This document shows, piece after piece, positions 40,503 to 50,057 of a stretch of DNA of 64,000 bases (the stretch's first letter is position 1; the number at the start of each line of letters is the position of its first letter). Below the pieces are notes generated by a model, which was given only the letters and a program-made list of their open reading frames with translations, ran no database searches and had not been told where the DNA came from. The stretch comes from Nitrospira sp. Lineage in GTDB: Bacteria; Nitrospirota; Nitrospiria; Nitrospirales; Nitrospiraceae. Location of the stretch: contig AP038806.1 of assembly GCA_047150005.1 (NCBI GenBank), positions 1,088,001 through 1,152,000 of the forward strand, given 5' to 3'. The translations under genes were made by a program, and so were the position numbers.

Positions 40503-41060
40503 CTACTTGTACAACGGCAACTCGTCCTTCACGTGAGCCAACGGAAGGTATTGCCGGTCTTTCGCGGACAGAATCGGATCGGTGATTGGCCAGGGGATCG
40601 CCAGGGCCGGATCGTTCCAGAGCACCCCGTGCTCGTCCTTGGGCGAATAGTAGTCCGTACACTTGTACATGAAGATCGCGGTTTCGCTCGTAACGCAGAA
40701 GCCGTGCGCGCACCCGGTCGGGACGTAGATCTGCCGCAGGTTCTGATCGGACAATTCGAGGCCGTACCATCGTCCGAAGGTCGGGGACCCGACGCGGATG
40801 TCGACCACCACGTCATAGACGCTTCCCTCCACGACCATGACCAGCTTGCCCTGTGCATGAGGCTCCTGAAAATGCAAGCCGCGCAAGGTCCCTCGCACCG
40901 ACCGGGATATATTGTCCTGGACGAATGATTCCACGATGCCGGCGTCCTGATAGCGCTGGACGTGGTAGGTTTCCGCGAAGAACCCCCGGTGGTCTCGAAG
41001 GACCGTCGGTTCAATCAGCAACACGCCGGGAATGTCAATGGTGGTTACGCGCAAGGGCAA
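40503..41060 (-). CDS. rmlC: dTDP-4-dehydrorhamnose 3,5-epimerase
   Basis: D.RGFF.E, LRGLHFQ, AHGF. Confidence 0.95.
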   Translation of the reverse strand: MPLRVTTIDIPGVLLIEPTVLRDHRGFFAETYHVQRYQDAGIVESFVQDNISRSVRGTLRGLHFQEPHAQGKLVMVVEGSVYDVVVDIRVGSPTFGRWYGLELSDQNLRQIYVPTGCAHGFCVTSETAIFMYKCTDYYSPKDEHGVLWNDPALAIPWPITDPILSAKDRQYLPLAHVKDELPLYK

Positions 41061-41127
41061 GGGATGGTGCCTTCACGGGATCTCGGATTTGTTCGCGCAC
41101 ATGGGAGTCCTTACCGATATGTGACCG

Positions 41128-41625
41128 TCAGCGACGATCGGGAAGCGGCGGTTCTGCCGGGGGATCGACGATGTCCGGACGCTCAGGGTACAATCGCCCC
41201 AGCCGCTCGATCAACGGCTTCGCGGCGGGCGTGCTCTCCCTGCTCGGTTCACTCACCGGATTGTCCCAGACCAATCTGGTGATCCCGGCCTCCGAGAGGA
41301 GCGACCGGATGGTCGCGATGCAGGCATCGAGCGTCAATTCCGTGCCTTCCCGCAAATCGAGCACCCGTTGTGTCGGGTCCTGAGGCGGAGGGCCGGCATT
41401 GACCAGCGCCCAACAGCGATCGAAGATGGCCCGGCGAACCGGCTCGGGCACGTTGATCGTCTGGACATCGGACGTGCAGAGCGCGGAGACGAAGAGCACG
41501 AATTGCAGGTCCGGCATACCGGGCTGCTGGACATCCAACGACGGCATGGCTAGGGCATTATCGACGGCGAGCCGGACGGAGTCAACGCCGGCAGGGGGCA
41601 AGGGGAAGGAGTATTCGACAGACAT
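41128..41625 (-). CDS. hypothetical protein (start uncertain, possibly 41547)
   Basis: ORF fills the gap upstream of rmlC. Confidence 0.55.
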   Translation of the reverse strand: MSVEYSFPLPPAGVDSVRLAVDNALAMPSLDVQQPGMPDLQFVLFVSALCTSDVQTINVPEPVRRAIFDRCWALVNAGPPPQDPTQRVLDLREGTELTLDACIATIRSLLSEAGITRLVWDNPVSEPSRESTPAAKPLIERLGRLYPERPDIVDPPAEPPLPDRR

Positions 41626-41896
41626 GGTGACGATTTCGCTGATGGGACAACTGCAGACGGCGGACGGAGAACGGGATTTGGCGGTCGAGCTCGACGCGCC
41701 CATGTCGGTCCGGCAAGTGATCCAACGGCAGGGCATACAGCTGCGCCACCTGCTGCAGCTGATCCGAGAGAAGAAAGTTCTCGTGACGATCAACAAGAGA
41801 ATCGCCAGCGACGACTCGCTGGTTCACGACGGAGACGCCATCCGGCTGGTCGGACACGACGGATTCGGCGGCAGCGGTCTCGGCCCCACTCACTGA
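41624..41896 (+). CDS. MoaD/ThiS-like ubiquitin-fold protein
   Basis: V.IN....D..V.DGD.I and a GG near the C-terminus. Confidence 0.7.
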   Translation: MVTISLMGQLQTADGERDLAVELDAPMSVRQVIQRQGIQLRHLLQLIREKKVLVTINKRIASDDSLVHDGDAIRLVGHDGFGGSGLGPTH

Positions 41897-42089
41897 ATCG
41901 TCCATACAGCCAAGCCGCAGCCTTCGGCACCTGCCTGGACGTTGTTCCCCTACAAGCCGAGCCTCGATGAATTCCTTCCGCTCCCACAATTAAGGCCAAA
42001 AAAAGAATGGGGCCGGCGCCCCGTTGGGAGCCGGCCCCTCTTCTCCTGCCCGAGATCAAGCCAGAGGAGATCCGAGCGACATTCGCGGC

Positions 42090-42377
42090 TTATTTCTTGC
42101 CGAGGATGGAGTCCTTCGCCACCTTGGCCACACGGAACTTAACCACGCGCTTGGCCGGAATCTTGATTTCCTCGCCGGTCTGAGGATTGCGGCCGATGCG
42201 CGCCTTCCGGTTGGCCAGCTTGAGCTTGCCGATGCCGGGGACGGTGAACACATTCTTCGCTTCGCGATAGGCCAAGGCGGCGAAATCGTCCATCAACTGA
42301 ACGGCGGCCTTCTTGGTCAGCCCTGACTTCTGAGCCAGGTGATCGGCAATCTGCGACTTGGTCATTGATTTAGCCAT
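42090..42377 (-). CDS. hup: HU DNA-binding protein
   Basis: RKARIGRNPQTGEEIKIPA. Confidence 0.95.
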   Translation of the reverse strand: MAKSMTKSQIADHLAQKSGLTKKAAVQLMDDFAALAYREAKNVFTVPGIGKLKLANRKARIGRNPQTGEEIKIPAKRVVKFRVAKVAKDSILGKK

Positions 42378-42673
42378 GCGAGCAACCTCCTTAAGGACGA
42401 AAAGTGGTGAACTGTGAATCGCCTCTCTTGACTTCGCTTGGACTCGAAAAAAATGTGGCAGACGAATCGTCGTGACACGTTCAAGCGGCGAAAACCTGCG
42501 GGAGTCTATCCAAGCATCAGTTGGCTGTCAACCGGAAAAACACGCTCCAGACGTAGAGAAACACCGCCAGCGCCCTCTTGTCCCTCTTGCAGTTTCGAGA
42601 CCAAGCATCGTACAGTACTGCGTACGGTAAGCAGACAACGTTGCGATCCCCGATACATTATTGAGGAATTCCG

Positions 42674-43237
42674 ATGGGTAAAGAGCTTCCCCTTCTTCCC
42701 GCCTCGGCACAGCCGGCAGCAGCAGCCTCGACAGAAAAATTCCTTTACTCACGAGTGTTTTGCCAGAAAGAAAACTCGCCTCCCCTGCGCCTCCTGATCG
42801 AATTCTTAAAATCGCGAGGACAACTGCCCATCATGCCGCCGGAACTGGACGAAGCCGCGCTGGACGAATGGGCCTGGGTCCAAGTGTCCCTAGGGTACGA
42901 TAAGGCCAGAAAACCGATTCAAGTCTTCTGTTTCAGAGACCGCGGCACCTACAAGGAAGCCTTCGAGCAGGACCGCGCGCAATTTTTGGAAGTGTTGAAC
43001 GCCCACGACGGCATTGAAGCCTCGCTGGTGGCGGAGAGCCTCAGACGATCTCGTTTCGTGCTGACCACGCGGTTCGATCAGGCGGACATCACAGACGAGG
43101 GATACGATTTCAACGGCTGGATCCTTGAGTTCTATCAGGAAAACTGCAATGGAATCGTGGAAGTCGACGATCAGGGTTTCTTTTCCCCCAAGGGTGAACT
43201 GATCGTGGATCTCGCCCCCATGTCCGAAGAAGAATAG
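42674..43237 (+). CDS. hypothetical protein
   Basis: 187-aa ORF with GAGG RBS. Confidence 0.65.
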   Translation: MGKELPLLPASAQPAAAASTEKFLYSRVFCQKENSPPLRLLIEFLKSRGQLPIMPPELDEAALDEWAWVQVSLGYDKARKPIQVFCFRDRGTYKEAFEQDRAQFLEVLNAHDGIEASLVAESLRRSRFVLTTRFDQADITDEGYDFNGWILEFYQENCNGIVEVDDQGFFSPKGELIVDLAPMSEEE

Positions 43238-43285
43238 GTTCCTCGCCTCGCGTCGGTCCTGAACACCGTGCCACCAGGCCACTGC

Positions 43286-43963
43286 ATGTCGCCGAAACCT
43301 CCGCGCGAACAGACAATTCCTGATCGCCCTCAGCAGTTCTCGACTTCAAGACAGCTCCAGGGCCGGACCGACAGCTGGTTCCGGCGGGCCGAGGCCGCCT
43401 TGCTCGGAGCGCTCCCCTGTCGAGCCGGCTGTTCCCATTGTTGTATCGGCCCGTTCGCCATCACCGTGATCGATGTCCATACTCTCCATGAAGGGCTCGC
43501 CCGACTCGACCAGCATGAGCGGGACGATATTCAACGGCGTGCGTCGGAACAAGCAGCCGTCCTCGAACAGGCCTCTCCAGCCCTGAAACAGACGCCGTTC
43601 ATCGATCAATTCCACGACGCCGAAACCGATCGATTGGTCGCTCTGTTGCAAGATGCCCCCTGCCCTGCCTTGAGTCCCGAAGGGCTCTGTCGGGTCTACG
43701 ACCATCGGCCGCTGACCTGCCGGTCCATGGGAATCCCCGTCGAGGAGCAAGCTCGGACGTTCGGCGCCTGTGCTGTCCAGACCTTCGTCCCGATTCGCCG
43801 CCTCCCCGCCTCCCTTCGAGAAGAGGAAGAGACGCTCGCTGGACAAGAGGCGACTGCCCTGCATCAAATCAGGTTGTCACAGCCGACTCCGGGAGAAGAA
43901 GTGCTCCTGCCTTATGGATTTTTGCCAGGTTTTTGGGCGATCGTTGCCCGTTCCAACACCTAG
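43286..43963 (+). CDS. YkgJ-family cysteine-cluster protein
   Basis: CRAGCSHCC, CPAL...C.VY..RP.TCR. Confidence 0.88.
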   Translation: MSPKPPREQTIPDRPQQFSTSRQLQGRTDSWFRRAEAALLGALPCRAGCSHCCIGPFAITVIDVHTLHEGLARLDQHERDDIQRRASEQAAVLEQASPALKQTPFIDQFHDAETDRLVALLQDAPCPALSPEGLCRVYDHRPLTCRSMGIPVEEQARTFGACAVQTFVPIRRLPASLREEEETLAGQEATALHQIRLSQPTPGEEVLLPYGFLPGFWAIVARSNT

Positions 43964-44012
43964 ACACTCTTCAAATCGCTATGCTATGGTACGTCCCTTG
44001 TGTCTTGCGGGA

Positions 44013-44089
44013 GCGCCTGTAGCTCAGCTGGATAGAGCATCAGCCTCCGGAGCTGAGGGCCACAGGTTCAAATCCTGTCAGGCGCACCA
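44013..44089 (+). tRNA. tRNA-Arg(CCG)
   Basis: GCGCCTG...TCAGC-CTCCGGA-GCTGA...GGTTCAAATCC...CAGGCGCACCA. Confidence 0.97.
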
Positions 44090-44202
44090 TACCCTGCTTG
44101 CCCCGACCCGGAGCCCGTATAATTGCTCTTGGCGACGGGATAGACACCTCCAGTGGGTGGCAGGTTCCCGGACACAGTTCGGCGACAATTGAATATCCGG
44201 TG

Positions 44203-44278
<76 letters not shown>

Positions 44279-44311
44279 CAAATCAACAACTTACATCGGG
44301 CGAACAGTCGG

Positions 44312-45355
44312 CTACCCTGCCGACTGTGCTGAAATTGTGCTAACTCCGCCCCGCCGGTCGAGGATTTCCACTCCATCCCGCAAACTTTCCGGATAGTGGT
44401 GCGCATACCGTTGCGTCATGATGGGCGACTTATGCCCGAGCAACTGCTGCACCTTGTAGAGATCGATGCCGGCTTGCACCAGTCTCGTCGCGAAGGTGTG
44501 ACGGAGATCGTGGAAGTGAAATTCCTCGATCTTCGCCTTACTCAACGCCAGGCGAAACGCACGGCGGAGATGGCCCGATTCCAACGGCGTGAAGATTTTG
44601 CTGCAGAAGACACGGTCCAAAACGAGGGACCGCACCTTCGATTTTTCTTTGAGCATATGCAGCACCGTTTCATTCACTGGAATCGTACGCCGTTCTCCGT
44701 TCTTTGAACGAAACACCGTGACGGTCCGGTGGTTGAAATCCACCCCGCGCCAGGTGAGTTCGAGAATTTCTCCCATCCTCATTCCTGTATGAAGCGCGAA
44801 TACCACCACGTCGAGCAGCCATGGCCGACAAGATCCCAAGAGTCGGCCTTCTTCTTCTTCAGTGAGCCACCGATCCCGCTTGTTGTTCTCTTTTTCCATC
44901 GAGACCCGGGAGACCGGATTCTGATGGCACCACTCCCACTCGCGCATCGCGAGATTGAACGCCTTTTTGAGGTTGGCGAGCTCCCGGTTGATGGTCGCCG
45001 GAGCCATGCCGTCCTCATAGCGCTTGTTCTTGTACGCCACGATTTCTTTTGGCGTGATGTCCGCGAGTGTTCGTTCGCCGAAAAAGCCTCGGAGGTTTTT
45101 CATATACCCCTTGAGCCCTCGGTGCCGGAGTTTTCGTGCCACGTGTTCTTTCTCGTACCGGTCCATGAGTTCCTGGAAGGTATGGGACTCTGCCGCTGCC
45201 CGTTCAAAGTACTGACCTTCGACAATCTGCACTTTCACTTTGGCCAGGATCGCATCGGCCAGTCGTCGATCGCTCGTCCCGGTCGATTTCCTGACCTGCT
45301 TCCCTTGATATGTAAATGACATCCACCAGACGTCCCCACGTTTTACGAGCCCCAT
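44312..45355 (-). CDS. int: tyrosine integrase
   Basis: TGMRMGE, HFHDLRHTFA, LLGH...T.RY. Confidence 0.96.
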   Translation of the reverse strand: MGLVKRGDVWWMSFTYQGKQVRKSTGTSDRRLADAILAKVKVQIVEGQYFERAAAESHTFQELMDRYEKEHVARKLRHRGLKGYMKNLRGFFGERTLADITPKEIVAYKNKRYEDGMAPATINRELANLKKAFNLAMREWEWCHQNPVSRVSMEKENNKRDRWLTEEEEGRLLGSCRPWLLDVVVFALHTGMRMGEILELTWRGVDFNHRTVTVFRSKNGERRTIPVNETVLHMLKEKSKVRSLVLDRVFCSKIFTPLESGHLRRAFRLALSKAKIEEFHFHDLRHTFATRLVQAGIDLYKVQQLLGHKSPIMTQRYAHHYPESLRDGVEILDRRGGVSTISAQSAG

Positions 45356-45368
45356 TCCATCCTCCTTC

Positions 45369-45659
45369 CTACTTGGGCTCGCTGTTGGTCTGGTTTCCCC
45401 GGGAGCGAGTATAGACAGCGCGTTTTGCTCTGGCAATCAGGGCTTCTACAGATTCGTCTGATCCTTTTCGGTTGACCACAAACATATCCTGTGCTCGTGT
45501 GACTCCGAATGTCTTAAGCCACTCGTCTATGCTGTGTCGCTCGAACCGAAGCACCCCATGGATCTTCAGGCAGGGAATTCTCTGCTGAGCCGCCCACGCA
45601 TAGAGCGTGGATGGCTTAATTTGTAGTTGCTGGGCGAGATCCTTCACGGTCAACAACAT
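45369..45659 (-). CDS. excisionase-family HTH protein
   Basis: LLTVKDLAQQLQIKPSTLY...RF....IDEWL. Confidence 0.88.
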   Translation of the reverse strand: MLLTVKDLAQQLQIKPSTLYAWAAQQRIPCLKIHGVLRFERHSIDEWLKTFGVTRAQDMFVVNRKGSDESVEALIARAKRAVYTRSRGNQTNSEPK

Positions 45660-45930
45660 GTCGTAAACTTCTATCTAGGCTCGGGGGAGTCTTCCGACAC
45701 CCCCGCCCCCCAGATACGCCCGCGTATCCGCCGGCGTCTGTGCAGACTGACTGCCCACGGCGGCGGCCAGCGCGCGAGAGCAGCGGTCAGGCCTTCGGAA
45801 TGCATGTCGAAAGGTTTTGGTCCTCCAGGCCTGCCTGCTGCGAGAGCGCTTGTGCCCGCATCTTTCTCCTTGTCTGCCCCAGCCCAAGTTCTGTGCGGGC
45901 TGGGGCAAAAACTTTTCAAGGAGGAGAAAC

Positions 45931-46440
45931 ATGCAGGATCAAGAGCAGCTCACAGTGAGGCCCAAGCGGCTTTCTCGGCCAAAACCGACGTTTAAACCGT
46001 ATCGCGTGCCTCGCTATCGACTGACACTGGTTGCTGAATCATCCGGCCTGACCTCATCCGAAGCCATTCAGACCTCTCTTGCCGCCGCCAGCTTGCTCCG
46101 GCCCTGCTTCGAAGGGTTGGACCGAGAGCAGTTCCTCGTCTGTGGGCTGGACACCAAACACCGTATTATTGGCATCAATATCGTCTCGATCGGTTCCTTG
46201 ACGTTGGCCATCGTCCACCCGCGCGAGGTCTTTAAGCCGCTCATCCTCATGAACGCGGCTGCCTGGATCTGTGCCCATAATCATCCGTCGAGTGATCCGA
46301 CGCCCAGCCAAGAAGATCGCGTCCTCACGCAGCGACTCCGCCAGGGCGCCGAGCTCCTGGGCATTCCCCTGCTCGATCACGTCATTTTGGGCGAAGACCG
46401 GCATTTCAGTTTTGCCGATCAGGGTTGGCCGCCCACTTAA
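45931..46440 (+). CDS. RadC-like JAB-domain protein
   Basis: VHPREVF, HNHPS.D..PS.ED, LLDHVI; AAGGAGG RBS. Confidence 0.92.
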   Translation: MQDQEQLTVRPKRLSRPKPTFKPYRVPRYRLTLVAESSGLTSSEAIQTSLAAASLLRPCFEGLDREQFLVCGLDTKHRIIGINIVSIGSLTLAIVHPREVFKPLILMNAAAWICAHNHPSSDPTPSQEDRVLTQRLRQGAELLGIPLLDHVILGEDRHFSFADQGWPPT

Positions 46441-46592
46441 GCCGACCGAACGATCCGCATAATCCACATCACCGCTGAGGCCGTGAGTCCTAATCCAATT
46501 GCCGCGGCTCCCCACGCCACAATATCCGGAATCAGCAGATTCTTAATCGCCGTCAGGTCCGCTGCCACATCCGCTAATAACAGCATCACCAT
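46437..46592 (-). CDS. second coat-like small membrane protein (51 aa, absent from the ORF track)
   Basis: MVMLLLADVAADLTAIKNLLIPDIVAWGAAAIGLGLTASAVMWIMRIVRSA; GGAGG RBS; shares DIVAWG with the major coat protein. Confidence 0.7.
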   Translation of the reverse strand: MVMLLLADVAADLTAIKNLLIPDIVAWGAAAIGLGLTASAVMWIMRIVRSA

Positions 46593-46604
46593 ATGAACCT
46601 CCGC

Positions 46605-46635
46605 AAAGGGCGAGAGTGCTAGCCCTCCCGCCCCC
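46605..46635 (-). terminator. hairpin terminator after the major coat gene
   Basis: GGGCGGGAG-loop-CTCTCGCCC-TTT on the minus strand. Confidence 0.55.
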
Positions 46636-46646
46636 CGATTCCTGCC

Positions 46647-46856
46647 TTAGCGGACCAGCCCCTTGACCTTCTTGTACGCATAGATGGTCAAGAGCACGCT
46701 GATGAACACAACGCCCCAGGCCACGATGTCTGCCTTGACGTTGGTCAAGACCGTGGTACTGGCGGCGTCCACCGGAAACACCTGCGCGAATGCCGACACG
46801 GCCTGCAGATACAGACTGAGGACGGCCACCGCACACCCCGCTGTCCATTTCTTCAT
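46647..46856 (-). CDS. major coat protein (pVIII-like)
   Basis: Signal peptide ending AFA, amphipathic segment, TM helix, basic C-terminus YKKVKGLVR; AGGAGG RBS. Confidence 0.85.
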   Translation of the reverse strand: MKKWTAGCAVAVLSLYLQAVSAFAQVFPVDAASTTVLTNVKADIVAWGVVFISVLLTIYAYKKVKGLVR

Positions 46857-46919
46857 GATGCTCACCTCCTTTCACCCTCTAGATTTCTCGCCTGGCTCGG
46901 TCCACAAGCGCGAGAGAAG

Positions 46920-47027
46920 TTAGTCCCATCGACCGGTCAGGAACTTCAAAATAATCCCCACGGCATAACCCCCGAGAAAAAAGGTGCCCATGCCGAGCAC
47001 CAAGGCATCCACCGCCGCTTGGTTCAT
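46920..47027 (-). CDS. small hydrophobic minor coat-like protein (35 aa, pVII/pIX-like)
   Basis: MNQAAVDALVLGMGTFFLGGYAVGIILKFLTGRWD. Confidence 0.55.
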   Translation of the reverse strand: MNQAAVDALVLGMGTFFLGGYAVGIILKFLTGRWD

Positions 47028-47028
47028 G

Positions 47029-48051
47029 TCAGCGTCCTTCCATCTGCTTGAGGACTTCGGCACCATCTCGGAGACCAGCCACCTCGGTCTGAGGCTCGGA
47101 AGGTACCCATACCACCCCGGCTCCGACGAGCTTACGCGTTGACCCGGTCGTGATTTCGGAGACGCTCCCGCCGGAGAGCCCAGCCACTTCGGCGACCGTG
47201 AGCATCTGGCCCTCGTCCGTCAAATACCGCCATTGCTCCTGGGTTTGGCCTGCGGGCACAAAGCCCACCCCGCCTACAATCCGCATCGGCTTGATCGGGA
47301 CCGGCGCAGGCTCGTGTTTCGACGGCGTTCCTGTGGCAATCGCGTTGTGCTCCACTGCCGGCTCTTTGGTCACTGGCGCCGATCCGAGCCAGTTCCCCCA
47401 GAAAAACCAACACAGGGCCAGCCCAAGCCCACACACACCCGCAATCACCGTCACCGATCCGAGGGCCGTTCTCATCTGTCGTTGCTCCTTCACTGCGGCC
47501 GCGGCATAGCTTGAGTAATAGGCATAGACCTTCGGGTCATACTTGCCGATCCATTTGCGAATCACTTCCGTCTCCTCAGGGTTGCCCCGGACAAAGCCTT
47601 GATACCGATTCGAGACGCCGATGCGATCCAGCCGGCGGAACTTCGTCGTGACTTCTACGAGGCGTGTCACGGATTGGGTCATTTGCCGGTAGTCCTGGCA
47701 CATCAGCACGAGGTCGAGCCCATAATGCCGATGCACTTCCAGAAGACGCAGGACTTCTGCATCTACTCGTGTCTGGGAGCGAAACAGTGTTTGACATTCA
47801 TCAATGATCACCGCTGACCCCGGAGCGAGAGTGAGCAGGCCCGCTAACACGTCGGCAGGTTCTGCCCAGCACGTGATTTGCTTGTGCAGGTCGGCCTCGT
47901 CCATCCCTTCAAACGCCGCCAGACGATCGAGATAGATGCCGTCGATGTAGACGTAGAGACGTCGGCCATGGCGCAGCCAGGGGAGGAACTTGTCTTTGAC
48001 GCAGTTGTAACTTTTCCCACTGCCCGGCACGCCTTCATAGAGTTCGATCAC
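47029..48051 (-). CDS. Zot-like / pI morphogenesis ATPase
   Basis: GVPGSGKS, IIDECQ, HRHYGLD...QD, then a TM segment. Confidence 0.93.
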   Translation of the reverse strand: MIELYEGVPGSGKSYNCVKDKFLPWLRHGRRLYVYIDGIYLDRLAAFEGMDEADLHKQITCWAEPADVLAGLLTLAPGSAVIIDECQTLFRSQTRVDAEVLRLLEVHRHYGLDLVLMCQDYRQMTQSVTRLVEVTTKFRRLDRIGVSNRYQGFVRGNPEETEVIRKWIGKYDPKVYAYYSSYAAAAVKEQRQMRTALGSVTVIAGVCGLGLALCWFFWGNWLGSAPVTKEPAVEHNAIATGTPSKHEPAPVPIKPMRIVGGVGFVPAGQTQEQWRYLTDEGQMLTVAEVAGLSGGSVSEITTGSTRKLVGAGVVWVPSEPQTEVAGLRDGAEVLKQMEGR

Positions 48052-48326
48052 TACGAGCCCCAGCGGACGAACGGCACGGTCTGCAGCAAGAAGCGCACGC
48101 CCATGGCCCCCGCGACAATCGTCAACGCTTGACTCATCCCGGTCGCCCCCAGCATCCAGGTGTATTCGGCCGGAATCACGGAAAGCGCGAGTCCGCCGGT
48201 GCCAATCGCACTCAGCGTCGTATCGAGTACCCCTAAGACCGAATCCCAGCTTTCAATGCCGATATCGCGAAAGGACGCAATCATGTCGAGCAGGAAGCAA
48301 TAGATCATCGAGAGAATGGCTTGCAT
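48051..48326 (-). CDS. pVI-like minor coat protein (DUF2523-like)
   Basis: Hydrophobic 91 aa ending RFLLQTVPFVR, located between pIII and pI. Confidence 0.8.
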   Translation of the reverse strand: MQAILSMIYCFLLDMIASFRDIGIESWDSVLGVLDTTLSAIGTGGLALSVIPAEYTWMLGATGMSQALTIVAGAMGVRFLLQTVPFVRWGS

Positions 48327-49579
48327 CAGTGGCCTCCCACGAAAATGATGCGATAGGCGACGAAGCCGGCGCCGGCAATGACCAGTGCCCTTAGCGCATT
48401 GATCACGCCGGACCACGCGTTGAAGTCGAAGGTAAACGTCCCCATCACCGTGGAATGCAGCGTGTAGGTCGGAAACGTCGTGGGCCACGAGAGGTTCTTG
48501 AGCAGTTCCAGGGTACCCAGCAGTCCGCTCGCACTCCAGAGGTTGTAATGGTCCTGCAGGACCTGGCCGAACGTCTTGCTGTTGTGCGAGCCTTGCGAGC
48601 AGGAAATCGACGCAGTGGTCGTGTCCGTCTGACTGCCATCCGCATTGGTTGTCGTGGTGGTCGTGCTGGTTTGCTGCTGAGTCTGTGTCTGCGTCGTGGT
48701 CGGCGGCGCATTGGGATCGACCACAGCCGCGCCGGTCGGCACCGACGACGCCGGACCAACTTGGGTGGGCATGTCACCGGGACTCACCGGCTGATCCGTA
48801 GTGCTACTGGAGCCGCTTTGGGCCGGGTTGGTGGTGCCGGCTGAGTCGGTCTGCTTTTCCGGGGCAAGCGCATCGGAGGACGATAAATTGCTGAGATAAT
48901 CTTGCACGTGCTGCGTCGAGGGCGTGCCCGGTTGTGACGTCGCGAGATTCGCCCCATTCGTGCCGTTATAGGTGATCGTGTAGCTGCTGTAACAGGCCGC
49001 CGATTGTCCATTCGGCTGCATCCACTGGACGGGCTGCGCCGTCCACCCAGCCGGGGGGTTGGCCGACATGGGCACCGGAATGGATGCGCACTGGGAAACG
49101 GGCATTCCATTGAGCTGCAGCAGGGTCTGCAAACAGCCGATCGTCGGCGTGGTCCCACAGCCTGACGACAGTGTGCCGTTGTAGGTCTGCCCGTTGATGG
49201 TAATGACCGGTTGGATGCCGGCGGCGGTCGCCGCGTTGTTCTTCACCGATTGAATTTCCGTATTCGTGTAGAGCATCCCCGCAATCACCAGGCCCGCCGT
49301 CACGCCGAGTGACGCCCAGCCGATCGGACCCGCCACCATGCGAAAGGCCACCGAACCCACACCCGCTGCTGACATCGTCGGCGCTAAAGTACTAATGACC
49401 TGCGCTCGATGCGCGGCCACATACGCCTGTTGTGCCGCTTGCGTCACATACCGGGCGTAGCCGGTCGTGCTCGCGACCTGAAAGGCGTAGGAGGGGGCGG
49501 AGACCGCGACCACCGCGTAGATCTCCGCCACCACCACGACGAGGAGGTGCCTCAGAAGCGACCGAGCGTGATGCCACAT
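48326..49579 (-). CDS. pIII-like adsorption protein
   Basis: Signal peptide, Cys-containing domain, T/Q/S/P-rich linker, C-terminal TM anchor. Confidence 0.8.
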   Translation of the reverse strand: MWHHARSLLRHLLVVVVAEIYAVVAVSAPSYAFQVASTTGYARYVTQAAQQAYVAAHRAQVISTLAPTMSAAGVGSVAFRMVAGPIGWASLGVTAGLVIAGMLYTNTEIQSVKNNAATAAGIQPVITINGQTYNGTLSSGCGTTPTIGCLQTLLQLNGMPVSQCASIPVPMSANPPAGWTAQPVQWMQPNGQSAACYSSYTITYNGTNGANLATSQPGTPSTQHVQDYLSNLSSSDALAPEKQTDSAGTTNPAQSGSSSTTDQPVSPGDMPTQVGPASSVPTGAAVVDPNAPPTTTQTQTQQQTSTTTTTTNADGSQTDTTTASISCSQGSHNSKTFGQVLQDHYNLWSASGLLGTLELLKNLSWPTTFPTYTLHSTVMGTFTFDFNAWSGVINALRALVIAGAGFVAYRIIFVGGH

Positions 49580-49638
49580 AAGAAGGCCGCGACCAACCAC
49601 AAGGCCACCACGAGTTGCTGTTCAATGCTCAATGTCAT
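49552..49638 (-). CDS. small hydrophobic minor coat-like protein (28 aa)
   Basis: MTLSIEQQLVVALWLVAAFLCGITLGRF, lying between SSB and pIII. Confidence 0.5.
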   Translation of the reverse strand: MTLSIEQQLVVALWLVAAFLCGITLGRF

Positions 49639-49652
49639 CTCAAAGGAACCGA

Positions 49653-49937
49653 CTACTTGGCCGTTGCGCTAGTGCTGGCATGTGTCGGCTGATAGCCCGT
49701 CACATCCAGGAACCGCTGACCCTTGAATTCACGCATATTGACCGTGATCTGAGCCTGCTTCATTTTGTTGGCTTCCATCTGTTTGTAGATGTGTTCGTGA
49801 TCCTCCGGGACGCCAGCTTCGAGTGTGGACGTATCCTCCTCGAAGTAGAGAACGGCCGTCCGGAAGATCCGTTTCCCGTCCTGACTCGGTCTGGCCTTGA
49901 CGCCCATCACGACACAATTCCCTATAAACCTAGACAT
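49653..49937 (-). CDS. ssDNA-binding protein (pV-like)
   Basis: 94 aa, beta-rich, directly after rep; GGGAG RBS. Confidence 0.65.
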   Translation of the reverse strand: MSRFIGNCVVMGVKARPSQDGKRIFRTAVLYFEEDTSTLEAGVPEDHEHIYKQMEANKMKQAQITVNMREFKGQRFLDVTGYQPTHASTSATAK

Positions 49938-50057
49938 CTCAGTTCTCCCTTCCGTCCCACCGGTACCAGCCTTGCCGGACGTGGGACCATAAAAAGACGA
50001 ACACGGTCTTGCAGCTCCGACACCGGCCACGCAATCGCGGCCCGCACATGTAAAGCC

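Noticed and set aside
47029..48051. zonula occludens enterotoxin as a virulence factor
   Set aside because: Context shows it is the phage assembly ATPase.
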